This document shows, piece by piece, positions 48,414 through 61,147 of a DNA stretch of 64,000 nt. Numbering within the stretch: position 1 is the stretch's first letter; each line of letters opens with the position of its first letter. A program made the translations under genes and the position numbers. Under the pieces are notes generated by a model. The model searched no databases, was not told where the DNA came from, and saw only the letters and a list, made by a program, of their open reading frames with translations. Source of the DNA: Cycas panzhihuaensis (taxonomy: Eukaryota > Plantae > Cycadophyta); assembly GCA_023213395.1 (NCBI GenBank), contig CM041465.1, forward strand, positions 120,163,741-120,227,740, written 5' to 3'.

Positions 48414-49690
48414 GTTCAATAACACCTTAAGTTATATATCAATAGTTCAAAATAAGACTTTTCAATGAAATTAGATAGTGGCAATGCAGGTAACCTAAAA
48501 TACACAGAATCAATCGAATCTCACCAACAGAGTGTCAAAATCTCATGTGGTCCAACCCAATGGCCTCATATAACTGTGACAATGATATTTAAACTTTGTT
48601 GTACAAATTTTAGCTAAGTTTTGAGCTTTTTTAAAAGATTTGAGGAGAAATTTAGGCACATGACCGTATAAAGCAAAAATATAGACTAAGATGAATTTGA
48701 GAGGACTTTCTCCTCCAAATTTGTTCCTAACCAATGTCTAATGATGCTGAATGGATCTGTAGTAGTCAATACTTGATTTGAGTGTTCACTCAGTGTTTTT
48801 CTTTAAAAAAAGGGTGCCCAATTGGGGTTTCCTCTGTAGAACAAGTGCCAAACAGAAACCAAGTGCCCAACAAAAGTTTGAATAGTAGATCTTGTGCTCA
48901 ACACAATGCAAGTTGAGTGCAAGGTGGAATACTCTTCAACAATGAATGAGAACTCTTGTAACAAATAATAGATATGCACAATGGAGGAAAATTTTCACAG
49001 ATTTTCCTCTTCTTTTCCTTCCTACAAGTGTTCATAACATTAGGAAAAAAAAAATTATGTTAGACTTGAAAAAATTAATAAAAAATTTAAAAGAAAAATG
49101 AGCCAAGTCAACCTTGAATCACCTTCAGGCTACAAAAGTCATCACCAAGGCTTGGCTATCACTCCCTAGTCTTCAAATCTATAACTAAGACCCCTACCAA
49201 GCAACTCTGATACTAAAATGTGAAATAAAGATCATGTGGGGACAATGAAGAACTAGACAAAGATGATTAGCATCTATAATAAACAATAAAACAACAAGCA
49301 CATAAGCATATAATCAAATGGAAGAGGAGGAATTGATCCTAGTTCCAACAAGATTGGCTTGTATTCAACTTAACAACATAATAATACATCTCATACTCTC
49401 TTGCTATACATAAGAAAATTGTCTCAATATATAGGTGAGGAGGATGCCCTTTAAGGTGCTACATGTTTGACAAGTGTCAAACATGCATAGTAGTATATTG
49501 CATGAAGGACATTTGTCCATCATGCATGCACACATGCAAATATGCAATTAGAAGGGTAAGGGGTCCATTGACCCATAAGTTACAATATTACACAACACTA
49601 GAGAAGTGTGTGTATGTACTTTACACATTTAAATGAAAAAGTACCTTTACATAATACATAACTTAACAATAAAACATAAAGGTTCTAACA

Positions 49691-50200
49691 GCAATTTGGT
49701 TATGACAAATTCTAGAGGGCATGGAACTACAACAATTACAACCAACTATCTTGTACTATGACAATAAGAGTACTTTGAAAATTGTGAAAATTATTATGTT
49801 CCACGATCGCACCAAGCGTATTGAGGTGCATCGTCGCTTTATTTGAGAATTGATTCAAAAAGGTCTGATTGAGATGGTGTACATGTCGACAAAAGAACAG
49901 TTGGTTCACATCTTCACCAAACCACTAACATATAATAGATTTTAGACTCTTAAAGATGGTTAGGTGTCAGGAAAACTGAAATAAACATAAAGGGGAGTGT
50001 TCATTATTAATGTTTATTTCAGGCTCATAACTTTGGGTTACAAGCCTCCCCTTAATATTTGTATCATATTAGGTTTAGGATTTTTTAATGTTATGTGAGT
50101 GATGAGTCAATGTGGGTTACAACTCTCACCTCACATGTGTCATTTTAATTAGGATTATTATTTTGTTATAATATTATATTTAGATACTTACAATGCATTG
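49691..50200 (+). mobile_element. Copia 3' fragment: RNase H end, PPT, partial LTR from 49998
   Basis: AIWL.QILE...YDNKS...FHDRTKRIEV...HIFTKPL; AAAGGGGAG followed by TGTTC. Confidence 0.85.
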
Positions 50201-50539
50201 TAAAAAATCAAAAGAGAAGAGTAAGGGTAGGGGTAATAGCAATTGTAAAAAGAGATAATCATTGGAATGAGATTCTATCACATGATTTGAAATTAATTTT
50301 CAATGTTTGATAGGTTAATCCTTCCAATCTTGATCTCCATTGCATGCCTTACTATTAATAGGATGCAGTAAACATGTTGCTCTTATTAATCGAAAACTTG
50401 TAAGGCCAATGCTAACGAGTTAGATGTTGCCCAAGAGTCAACTAGAACAAAATCCCTTTAAGGAAGCCCTTCAACACAATGTTGCCCAATTTACCCATGA
50501 GCTTAGAGATTCTGAGCTCTAAAAGGCCAAAGGAACACA

Positions 50540-51480
50540 AATTAGAGCAGGGATTCACTAGACCAAAATCGAGAATAAATAAATGTTCCAAATTCTTTTT
50601 TAAGCCTCGATGCAAAAACATTCTACAAAGCATATTCTTACCCTTAGAATAGAGTGGGGAAGAAACACTTTAGGAAGGAGATAGCCAATGAATTTACTAA
50701 TCACTGTAGTAAAGTTTTCCAAGCCCAAGTGCCTCTCCCTAAATATTGAAGCTAGTCTATAGGAATGCCTGCAAGTAATTCCTTATAAGCTTAGGGCATC
50801 TTTAAGGGATGATTATGATGGCCCTACGTGGGTTGAAGAGTTGATTGATGTTTTACATGACATGGCAAATGAGAAAGCCCCTAGCATTGATGGGTTCCCC
50901 TGTGGGTTCTATAAGGCCACTTGGGACTCAACTAGCCCTATGCTTCTCAAAGTATACCAAGAAGCTCCTTCCACAAGATTGCTTAGGTCCAAAATTAACT
51001 AGGGTATTATCAAGCATATTCCCAAAGGAGGAGACCTAGAGCTAATTACTAACTAGAGGTCCTTTATTCTTCTAAATGATTCATATAAAATTCTAGCCAA
51101 GGTAATGACCAAGAGCATTAAACACATATTCCCTAAAATTGTTAGACTTGAGCAAACTAGATTCATTATGGGCAAGTACATTTTGGAAAACTCGATTGAG
51201 GTCTAGAAGTGAATGGAGTGGGCAAGATCTTCCTCTTAGGAAATCCTCCTTACGAAGATTAACTTTGGGAAAACATATCATTAGCTTGAATAACTTTTCA
51301 TCCCCCAAATGTTGGCTACCTTGGTGTTTGGGAAAAAGTTTGTTCGAATGGCCCACACACTCTCTATTGATGTCACTGCCTACATCTCTATAATTGAGCA
51401 ATTACTAAGGCTATTGGATTGAAAAGATCCATTATATAGAGTTGTCCTCTTGCTCCTACTCTTCCATTCAATAATAAACT
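50540..51480 (+). mobile_element. Old L1/Tx1-like LINE ORF2 (RT N-terminal) fragment
   Basis: CSKFFF, IDGFPCGFYKATWD, IIKHIPKGGD, LLNDSYKILAK, IVRLEQTRFIMGKYILEN. Confidence 0.8.
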
Positions 51481-51781
51481 TTTATCCCATGTATAACACT
51501 GAAATTCAACTACTTCTATCTTCTCAACATTCATCATACTCTATTTTTTATTCCCCCTTACTCCATTCCCACAATCTAATACCTTGTCCCCCAACCGCCC
51601 CCACCCCACCCTCATGGAGGTGTAAGTGATTAATGGTATAACCAACCTCCCCAACAAGGAAATAAAGGGCTAGGTCCCTCATTGCAAAGTGCATCCATCT
51701 TTAACATTAGGCCTTATATTGTGCATGCAATTGAAAGGACTCATAAGACGCCAAACCAAATTTATCAATTATAATACATAC

Positions 51782-51952
51782 CATCCGAGATGGAAAGACA
51801 TAAAGTTGAGGTGCCTGGTAAATGGAACCATCTAGAACGTCGTAACCAAGCATGGTGTGACTTTCTCTAGCCCATTACACTTCCACTTTCGACAAACAAA
51901 TAAATGAGGCTCCAAAACTTCACTCAACATATATTCAACGGTCATCATTTTC
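51782..51952 (-). pseudogene. MED6: Single internal exon of Mediator subunit 6, decayed, splice sites retained
   Basis: KMMTVEYMLSEVLEPHLFVCRKWKCNGLEKVT/MLGYDVLDGSIYQAPQLYVFPSRM matches plant MED6 as I recall it (KMTG.EYML....EP.LFV.RKQKRDGPEKVTPML.YY.LDGSIYQAPQL). It is flanked by TAG| and |GTATGT and has a 1-nt frameshift. Confidence 0.88.
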
Positions 51953-52139
51953 CTATTAAAGGCCCAGAAAAACAAAAAATGGATCATAGTAAATTTCAGA
52001 TCCCCAAGGCCTAGTTGTATTTAAAAAAAAAAACGAATGCATTTTCAAGAATATCAAATGCATATTATATTTTTTAATCCTATAGTGTACAATACCCATT
52101 TAACATTGGTTAACCCTAGAATATTCTACTCATTGTGAA

Positions 52140-52520
52140 ATTTTTGCCCTCATTGCACAACCTTCCTCTTCTTCTCTTTGCTTCTTTCTTCTTCCCATTC
52201 TTTATTGGACTATCTCTATACACCTTTGAGTGTTTCAAAATCATTGTCGCACTCAAATTTCGCAATCCTACCATACACTCTTGTAAGGGCATTCAAATAT
52301 ATGCATTTCTTATATTTATATTGCATTGCCAATCAATTGTTTCTTCTCAAAAACATAAGTGTTTCATCAAACACCAATTTTTATGGTGCAGTTTTGGTCC
52401 AACATATTTACTGACGACATGCCCTAGGATCTGCAATTATAGAATCAGGGGTTCCTTGTTGCTCAGTGAATCTACAAATTTAACCCATAATTTGCCCTCA
52501 AGAGCTGTCTTCCATATCAA
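52140..52520 (-). pseudogene. Possible hAT transposase C-terminal relic
   Basis: LQILG...HKNWCLMKHLCF/RRNN*L weakly resembles hAT dimerisation LQ.LA...ERNWS.F.HI.SKRRNRL. Confidence 0.3.
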
Positions 52521-52525
52521 ATGCT

Positions 52526-55500
52526 AGGAAAACGGAGAAGTATTGGGAGAACTGCTTGGTCAACACATTCTTCGGACCTAGACTTGGGTTGGATGTGATA
52601 AGAAGTTGGACTAGGAACAGGTGGAGGACTGGGAACTCTGTGGAAGTTATAGCGTTACCTAAGGGTTATGTGTTGTTAAGTTTGCAATGCAGAAAGACAT
52701 GGCCAATATCCTCCTGAAGGCTCCCTGGATATTAGGGAGAAAAGCTCTAATGTTCGAAAAATGGCATAGTGATTTTGATCCCTCGGTATCCATGGTAAAG
52801 CAAGCTCCAGTGTGGATCCAGCTCCCTGGGTTCCCCCTCCAGTTTTGGAATATGGAGGTTTTAAAGGGTGTGGCGAAAGCCATTGGTCCCCTCCTCGCGG
52901 TTGATTCTGCTACTAGAAATAGGAGCAGGCTGATCAATGCCAGGTTTTGTGGCTTGGCTACGATTGATAGACCCCTCCCGGATGAGGTGTGGATTGACAT
53001 GGAGGATTGGAGCAAGGCACAGCCATTACTTTATGAAATGGATAATTTTAGATGCTCGACATGCAGAAAGCTGGGTCACCTGCCTCACAAATGTCCTAGG
53101 GACAGAAAAGAGGAGGAGGCAGGACAGGAGGAGAACAATATCCCATAGGATAGCCCACCGAAGCTAGAGGATCCTCAAGAGATGGGGAGAACTGAGAACC
53201 CTCATTTGGAGTATATGGAGTGAATGGGATGGGTTTCAATCCCAATGAGGAGGATACCCTCTTTGAGGAGGGAAAGGAGACTCGGGATCCAGGTAAAATG
53301 ATTGATGGGGATGCTTCACCTCGAGAATGCCAAGTAGAGGAGGTTGAAGTGATGGGGAAACAAGATATATCCGGAGGGGTGGTAAAAGATTTCCCAAGGA
53401 GAAATCTCCCCAGGGGGAACAGAAGGAAGTGGGGCAAAGAAAGACTATAGATGTTGGGTCTGAAAAGAGGGTGGGTAGACCCCCTCTGAAGATACTAAGA
53501 GAAAGGGAAGCGGCGGCCCAAGTAGACCAGGGTAACCAGAAAACCCTCAAGGATGGGTTCCTAGAAGGGCCCAGATTAAGACCTAAAGATGAGGGACATG
53601 AACCTCAAAGAGAAGAGGCAGGGGAGATTTGGAAGCCAAGGAGAAAGAGATGAAGCTTATCTCGTGGAATATTAGGGGGATGAACACCCCCTCTAAATAG
53701 AGGATTTTAAAGGACATGAGGGTGAGAGAACAACCAAATTTAATTTTTCTGCAAGAGACTAAGCTGAATATGGATAATAGTTTATGGGCCAAGGACAGGA
53801 TCTGGAAGAAAGTTGAATGTAAGGGAGTTAATAGCTGTCAAGGGGTCGGGGGCCTGATGGTGATGTGGAACCCAAAAGAATGGACAGGGGAGGCCTTCAA
53901 GGGGGAATCCTATATCTCCATGTGGTTCACATGTAGGAGGAACAATTTAAAATGGCTGGCTACAAATGTTTACGCTCAAAACCACCGAGAGGAAAGAAGG
54001 AAGTTGTGAGATAGAATCTTGGAGGACCATGGAGAATGTGCAGCACCTTGGTTGGTGGCTGGAGATTTCAATACGGTTCCATCTCCTGGTGAGAAGAGAG
54101 GGGGACAGGAGAGGTGGTCGAACAGCATGCATGAGCTTGGTAGTTTCATGCAGAGAAGGGGGTTGTTGGATGCTTTGCTCAGAGGAGCAAAATTTACCTG
54201 GTCAAACAAGAGGATAGGGAACCAACTCATTCAGAGTAAGCTATGATTGGGCTAGGTGATATAGTGGCTTTAACCTGGAGGTGTTGCCGAAAGTCAGATC
54301 AGACCACTCTCCTCTTCAGTTTGTGTTCTTTGATTCTGAGAAACATAAGGGATCCCCATTTAGATTTGAAATGATGTGGGTCAGACACCTAGACTTTAAA
54401 AAGATGGTTGAGGAATGGTGGAGGACCTCGGTCCAGGGACATGCGATGTACATATTCTCAAAGAAGTTGAATTAGGTTAACAGGCAAGTGAAGAGATGGA
54501 ACAAAGAGGAGTTCTGAAATATCCATGCAGCTAAGGAGCAAACCATTAAGCACTTAAATGCCATTGAGAGTAGAATCCAGGAGGGAGGAACGTTTCAGGA
54601 TCTGGACAAAGAAGAAAGAGACCTGGTTAAGAATCTGGAGGAGACTTTAATTAAGGAAGAAATACACTGGAGGCAGAAATCCAGGGCTATATGGTTAGCC
54701 GAGGGAGATAGAAATACCAAATTCTTCCACATGACTATCGTGAAGCACAGAGTTAGTAACAGGATTAATAGTCTCCAAAGAGAAGACGGTAAGGATGTAA
54801 ATAACTTGGAAGATCTAAAGGATACAACTATTGCATACTTTAGATAATGTTTACAGAGCCGGAGGGTGGAGATAAGGATGCTAGAAAGGATTTCCTTAGG
54901 ACTATTCCCAGACTGGTCAATCAAAGGCAGAATGATATGTTGACAGCTTCATTTACCCAGGAAGAAGTGAAGAAAGCGGTATTCAAGATGAAGAGGGAGA
55001 AAGCTCCGAGGCCAGATGGCTTCCCCCTAGGCTTCTTCCAAGAATTTTGGGATATAATTAAAGGGGATCTTATGGAGGCTATGCAATAGTTCCATAGAAA
55101 CCGTAAGATCCTTGGAGAATGGCAAACCACTTTCTTAGTCTTAATCCCAAAAAAGGACGGAGCGAAAAGGATGGAGGATTTTCACCCCATTAGCCTATGT
55201 AATATGAATTACAAGATTTTAGCTAAAGTTATGGCTAATAGACTAAAAAAGATCCTCCCTTGGATTATCTCTCAGAACCAGGACGGGTTTGTGCAGGGAA
55301 GGCAAATCACAGATGGTATAATCATTGTTCATGAAACCCTTCATTCAACCAATGAAAGGAAGGAGCCTAGTACGTTAATAAAAATTGACCTTTCAAAAGC
55401 TTATGACTGAGTTTCTTGGGACTGCCTTCTAGAATGCTTTGAAGCTTTCAGTTTCGGAGAAAGTTTGAGAGATTGGGTGAATTTATGTATCTCCAAACTC

Positions 55501-57962
55501 CAGTATCCTGTTATCATTAACAGCATGTCTTCTAGATTTTTCACGGGATATAGAGGTTTGAGACAGGGAGACCCTTTATTCCCATGTCTATTTATAATCC
55601 TGGTTGAACTATTGGGCAGGGCTACGGAGGAGGCTAGAAAACAGGGAATTATTAAAGGTCTAAAGCCTGCTTCTGGTATCGATAATATTGTGCACCATCA
55701 ATTTGTTGACGACAATGTATTCCCAGGGAAAGCAACTATAAGGGAGGCCCACAGGCTTAAAGAAGGATTGAAAAGATTTGAGCAAGCTACAAATCAAAAG
55801 ATAAACCTTAATAAAAGCAATGTTTACCTCATAAATACTATGGAGCCCACCCAAAAAAGGATAAGTAGAATCTTAGAGATGGATATCTGGAAGTTGCCCG
55901 CCATCTATTTAGGGATGCCCTTATTTGTGGGTAAAATGACAAGGGAGATGTGGGACCCTGTTATAGATAGGATTCAGAGGAAACTAGCTGGATGGAAGGG
56001 AGCTCTACTCAGCCAAGCTAGAAAAGTTCAACTGGTGGCTACATTCCTACAAAGCATTCTTGTGTACTGGATGTCCATATTCAAACTACTAGGTAGGGTT
56101 TCAGCAGTGTTGGAATCTTTCAAAAAAGATTTCTCTGGTTTGGGGTCGAGGAGAAGGACAAAATTCATTTGGTGGGTTGGGCCAAGGTCTGTGTCCCGAA
56201 ATGGGCAAGAGGGGTAAAACCTTAGAAGAATGCCATTATTTAGTAATGCTCTAGTTGCAAAACTTAGATGGCGCATGGCCAAAGGTGGGGGCGATCTATG
56301 GGAAAAGATTCTGACCCAAAAGTATCTCCAGGGAAGATCCTTATTAAAGGAGAGCACAACCCCACTTTTTGGATCAACAGTCTAGAGAAGTATCCTCAAG
56401 TCTAGATGCATGTTGAATTCTGGGGTGAGATAGAAATTGGGAGATGGGAATACTATAAAATCCTAGGAGGATGCTTAGTGCAGCAATAGGAGCTTGAATA
56501 GCAAGCCTAATTTAGCCCCCCTGTAAACCCTATGCGACAGGAGTTATGGGGTTTGTGTGAAGGATTATTGGATAGGGGGGGGGAGGGAAAGAAGATGGAG
56601 GAGTTTTGAGGACATTCAAGGGGAGCTCGACCTTCAAGATAGGCTAATTAACCTAAGAAGGGAACTCGATAAGTGTTACATTCCCAAAACAAAGGCTATA
56701 GATTCTATGGTCTGGCCTTCGACCTAGTCTGGGGAGTATTCAGTGAAGCAAGGATATCACTTCTTGTGTCTTGAAAGGGGGGATTAGAGAAGCCCGCTTG
56801 TGGAAGGGGTTTGGAAATTAGATCTAATCCCAAAAATAATTGTTTTTTGGTGGACTTGTTTGAAGAACAAAATCTTAACTGTGGACAACCTAATGAAGAG
56901 GAGATTTCTGATGAAAAATAGGTGCGTTCTTTGCTACAACGAGGAGGAATCAGTGGATCACATTCTCCTTCACTGTTCCTTTGTTGGAGGGGTGTGGAGA
57001 TTAGTGTTATTCTTGCTGTAGCCCTTTTAGGAGTATAACCCTCTCTAGTACTTGGAAAGTTGCTCTCCCGCTGATGATGTGGAATTTGTGGAAAGAGAGA
57101 AATAGGAGGCTCTTTCAAAATAGACAGATGGATGAAAACAGAATTTTTTAGTACTATTTATATAGAAATCAGAGAGAATGTAAAGCTTAGAGATGAAAAG
57201 CGACTATCGTCTATAGAAAGCTCTATCCTGGATAAGTGGGAGCTAATGCCAAAAGTCCAAGAGGTGAAGAGAAGGATTTGGTCTTGGGTCCCACCCGAGG
57301 AGTCTTGGGTAAAAATAAACTTTGATGGGGCTTCGAAAGATAACCTTGGGGAAGTCGGGGGTGGAGGCATTTGTAGAGATGCCAGAGGGAATGTTATTTG
57401 GGCTTTTGCAGAGTACTATAGTCAGCAGTTGAATTATAGAGTAGAGATGGCAGCTATGCTAAAAGCTGTGGAGTTGTCTTCAGAGGGAGGGTATGGCAAG
57501 GTGGTGTTAGAAGGGGACTTACTTAATGTGATAAACCTTCTGAAAGGCACAGTTGTTCCAGATTGGAGAACTCAGGCTATGATTAAGGCTACTCAAGAAG
57601 CCCTAAAGGGTGTGGAGAGCATCCAACTAAGGCATACCTATAGAGAAGGCAATAAAGTGGCAGATAATCTGGCTAACTAGGGGGGTGATACACAGGAGGT
57701 CTATTGTTTGGAGGGAGGACATCCTAGAGGAATTTATGAGACTGGGTGAGGACGACAAGATCCGAGAGAGATAGAGGAGCTAGCCACGGGGCTTGTCTTG
57801 GCAGGAGGTTTATTTTTGCTTTTCTGCGGATTCAAGCTAGGCCATGGGCTTGTCATGGCGACTCTGTGTAATGGGCTAAAAGTCTTATGATGTATTAGGT
57901 TGTGGGATCCTGTTCTAAAACCCATGCTTATTTCTCTTTTACCTAATCAAAAAAAAAAAAAA
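52526..57962 (+). mobile_element. Near full-length decayed L1 LINE: 5'-truncated ORF1 (DUF4283, zinc knuckle), ORF2 from 53650 (APE-RT-zf-RNase H), poly(A) 57949-57962
   Basis: PVWIQLPGFPLQFW, CSTCRKLGH; MKLISWNIRG, FLQETK, AGDFN, SDHSP, GDRNTKFFH, GLRQGDPL, QFVDD, YLGMPL, KINFDGAS, HTYREGNKVADNLAN; CTAATC(A)14. Confidence 0.95.
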
Positions 57963-58221
57963 GTCAAGGATGGAAACCTAATGTAAAAGGGTAGGTAGAT
58001 ATTAATAAGTATAGGTTACATATATTTTTTTTTTTAATTTATTTATATATATTTATATTTAAAATTTTATGTTTTTGGATGAAAAATGGTGCATGTAAAT
58101 GCACTTTTAACATCTTTCAAGTGGTGGGATTAGCGGGAATTTCATTTGGACATGTTATATTATAATCTTTGATATTAAATTATCGTTATTAATATTTCAT
58201 ATTATTATTAATTATGAGAAA

Positions 58222-58640
58222 ATGAAATAAACAAGAAATTTATCATACATAGTAGGCAACAAAGAACATAAAATTTAATATGAGAAAATCCTTCCAAGGG
58301 AAAGATCTAAGAAAAAACACATGTTTTCACTTCATTGATTTCATGATGATTGGATTGGGTTGGATGATTACAATTCAACAAAAGATTTGTATTTATAACT
58401 CCTCAAAAGAGGTATGTCGAGTCAATGGTTCTAACCTGCCATTATGTCATGTGACTTCTCATATCTCATGTCTATTTGTATCTCATTACATCACTAGCAC
58501 ATTGTTTCCCATATTTTTGATCTCCTTGGCAGTCAAGTATTGTTTTCCACCCTCATCCACTTTGTGAGACGTGATTTATTTGGTATGATGTCAACTTACA
58601 CTTTAAGCTGCTAATTTTAGGGCACCTATGATTGCAAACA
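58222..58640 (-). mobile_element. Probable LTR fragment
   Basis: A-rich U5-like end; AATTTAATATGAGAAAATCCTT resembles the D LTR segment GATTTACGTGGAAAAACCTT; boundaries uncertain. Confidence 0.35.
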
Positions 58641-58659
58641 AAAACATTACTGTTAAAAA

Positions 58660-61110
58660 GGAAAGAGAATGAAATTCACCTTCAATGATTTTTATAAATA
58701 TTGCAAAGTTCACAGCATAAAAAGATGGCTCACCACAACATATACTCCTCAATCTAATGGAGCAACAAAACGCAAGAATGGGACCATCATTGAGATGGGT
58801 AGGAGCATGTTAAAAGGTAGAAGTATGTCCAATATCTACTTGACAAAAGTTGTAAACACAATTGTTTATCTTTTGAATAGGTGCACAAGAAATGCCTTGT
58901 AAGGAATAACACCTGAGGAAGCTTGGTCAAGTAAGAAACCTAATATAAGCCATCTAAGGATTTTTGGAAGACTATATATGTTTATATTCCAAAACAAAAA
59001 TGGAAGAAGTTAGATGATAAATGCTTAAAATGCATTTTTATGGGATAAAGTGAAAAGTCAAAGGCTTATAGATGCATAGACCCTAGATCTAACAAAATAA
59101 TTACAAGTTGAGACATCACCATCGATGAATCTTCTCTCTAGCAAAGCTAATAGAAATACCCTGGAAAGACTCTAGAAGGTCAAAATTCAAAGTCAAAATC
59201 CACTGAAGACACATAGAGACAAAGTGAATAAGCAAACCAACATCCATAGTAGAAGAAATTCCAAAAGTACATATCAAGAAAGAAATTCCAAAAGGGCCCA
59301 TTGAAGAAAAAGTGCCATCCACTCCTATCAAGAGGGTACCAAGATGATACCCATAAACAATGCAGGATTCTACCACCTACAATTCAGAACCTTAATCCTA
59401 TGAAGAAGCACAAACAGATAAGAAGTGGTTAGAGGTCATGAGAGAAAAACTACAAGCTATCCATAAGAATGATACTTGAGATTTGGTTAAAGCTCCTCAA
59501 GACAAACCTATTATATACTGTAAAAGGGTATACATAGCCAAGGAGAAATCAAACAAATCCATTAAGAGGTACAAAGGCCAATCGGTGGCGATGGGGTTCA
59601 CTTAAACTAAAAGATTAGATTATGAAGAAACATTTGCCTCAGTGGCCAAGATGATCATTGTCAAGACAATTTTGACACTAGCAACATAACAAGGATGGAA
59701 GGCATACTAGATGGGTGTAAAAAATGTTTTTCCGAATGGAGAACTAGACAAAGAGATATACAAGGAACAACCTCCAAGGTATGCCGAAAAGGGACTAGAG
59801 CACCTAGTCTGTCGACTCAAGAGCCCTATACAAGCTAAAACAAGCCCCATGATCATGGAATGCAAAAATCAATCATCATTTGAGACAAGAAGGATTTGTC
59901 AGGAGCAACTCAAACTCTAGCCTATACATCAAATTAGGCAATGGAGACTTAATCACCATACTTGCAGAAAGTGATGAAGAAAACATTCAATCCACCAAAA
60001 GCATGTTGAGTGACTCCTTTGAGATGGTAGATATGAGCCTTTTGCATTATTATTTGGGAATAGAAGTTGATCAAAGAGCAACGAGAATATTTTTATCCCA
60101 TTCAAAATATGCAAAGAAATTTCTAGAAGAATTCAACATGTCAGAGTGCAAACCTATAGCCACACTAAAGAAATCGGAAACAAAATTATAGTTGATGAAG
60201 GAGGGAAGCTCGTGATGCAACTCTATACAAGAAATTAATTGGCAATCTGCTATGCTTGACAACAACACAACCAAGTCTTATTTTTGCAATAGGGATAATC
60301 TCCAAATTCATGGCATCGCCCAAGGAATCCCATTCGTATTTTACAAAAAGGACGCTAAGATATGTCAAAGGAATAATCAATGTTAGTATAGAATATTCAA
60401 GAAATCAAAAGCTTGAATTAGTAGGCTACACTTACTCAAACTGGGCAAGAGAAGCCAATGAAAGGAAATCAACTTCTGGGTATTGTTTTAGTCTAGGTTT
60501 AGAAATGATTTCCTAGAGTAGCAAGAAACAACAAATAGTTGCTCTATCATCCACTAAAGTTGAGTATAAAGCAATAATTAGCGCCACCTATGGAGCCATA
60601 CGACTCTGAAGACTCCTATAAGAACTTAGATAGCATCAACAACAACCTAAAACAATTTTTTATGACAATCAAAGTGCCTTCAATCTCAGGAAGAATCCAA
60701 TATTTTATGCCTAAACCAAACATATAGAGGTCCATCATCACTACATTCCGAAAAAGGTATAGAACAAGGAGATAGAGTTGATCTACTATCCCAATGAAGA
60801 GGAACCGATAGACATCTTCACCAAACCACTAGGGAAAGATAAATTCTTATACTTCAGAGAGAAAATTGGGTTAAGGGACAAAGAATAAACATTATGGTGG
60901 GGTGTTAGACATAATGTTCACTCATTGTAACATTAGGAACATAATATCTCTATTTTTTTGAAAGAAAGTTGTTACACCTGTCTAGCATGTTTGACACTTG
61001 CCACTCATGCATTTCATGTATTCTCTTTAAATATGTGTACTATTCATTCTTGTATTATCAAGCAATAAAGATCATTTTCATCTTTCTTGCATCCTGGAAT
61101 TTTTACATCA
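58660..61110 (+). mobile_element. pol: Copia 3' portion: partial IN, RT, RH, PPT, LTR from 60903
   Basis: YTPQSNG, DYEETFASVAKM, LLHYYLGIEV, RKSTSGYCFSLG, DIFTKPL; ATGGTGGGG followed by TGTTAG. Confidence 0.9.
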
Positions 61111-61147
61111 CACAAGGTTGCTCAAGGGGAATCTCTTACACAATATG

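Larger units (their letters stand above)
42833..49690 (-). mobile_element. Two-LTR decayed copia element H (same lineage as A and B): LTRs 49221-49690 and 42833-43302, PBS 49204-49215, about 2-kb leader, gag ATG at 47157
   Basis: Paired 470-bp LTRs, about 11% divergent by manual count over the first ~290 nt; PBS TAGTATCAGAGT; IN/RT/RH fragments; zinc knuckle-to-protease segment deleted near 46440; no 5-bp TSD. Confidence 0.95.

Noticed and set aside
51587-51612. G-quadruplex-capable tract on the - strand
   Set aside because: Isolated, with no context supporting function.
57132-57680. RNase H domain in a LINE as a novelty
   Set aside because: Well known in plant L1 lineages.
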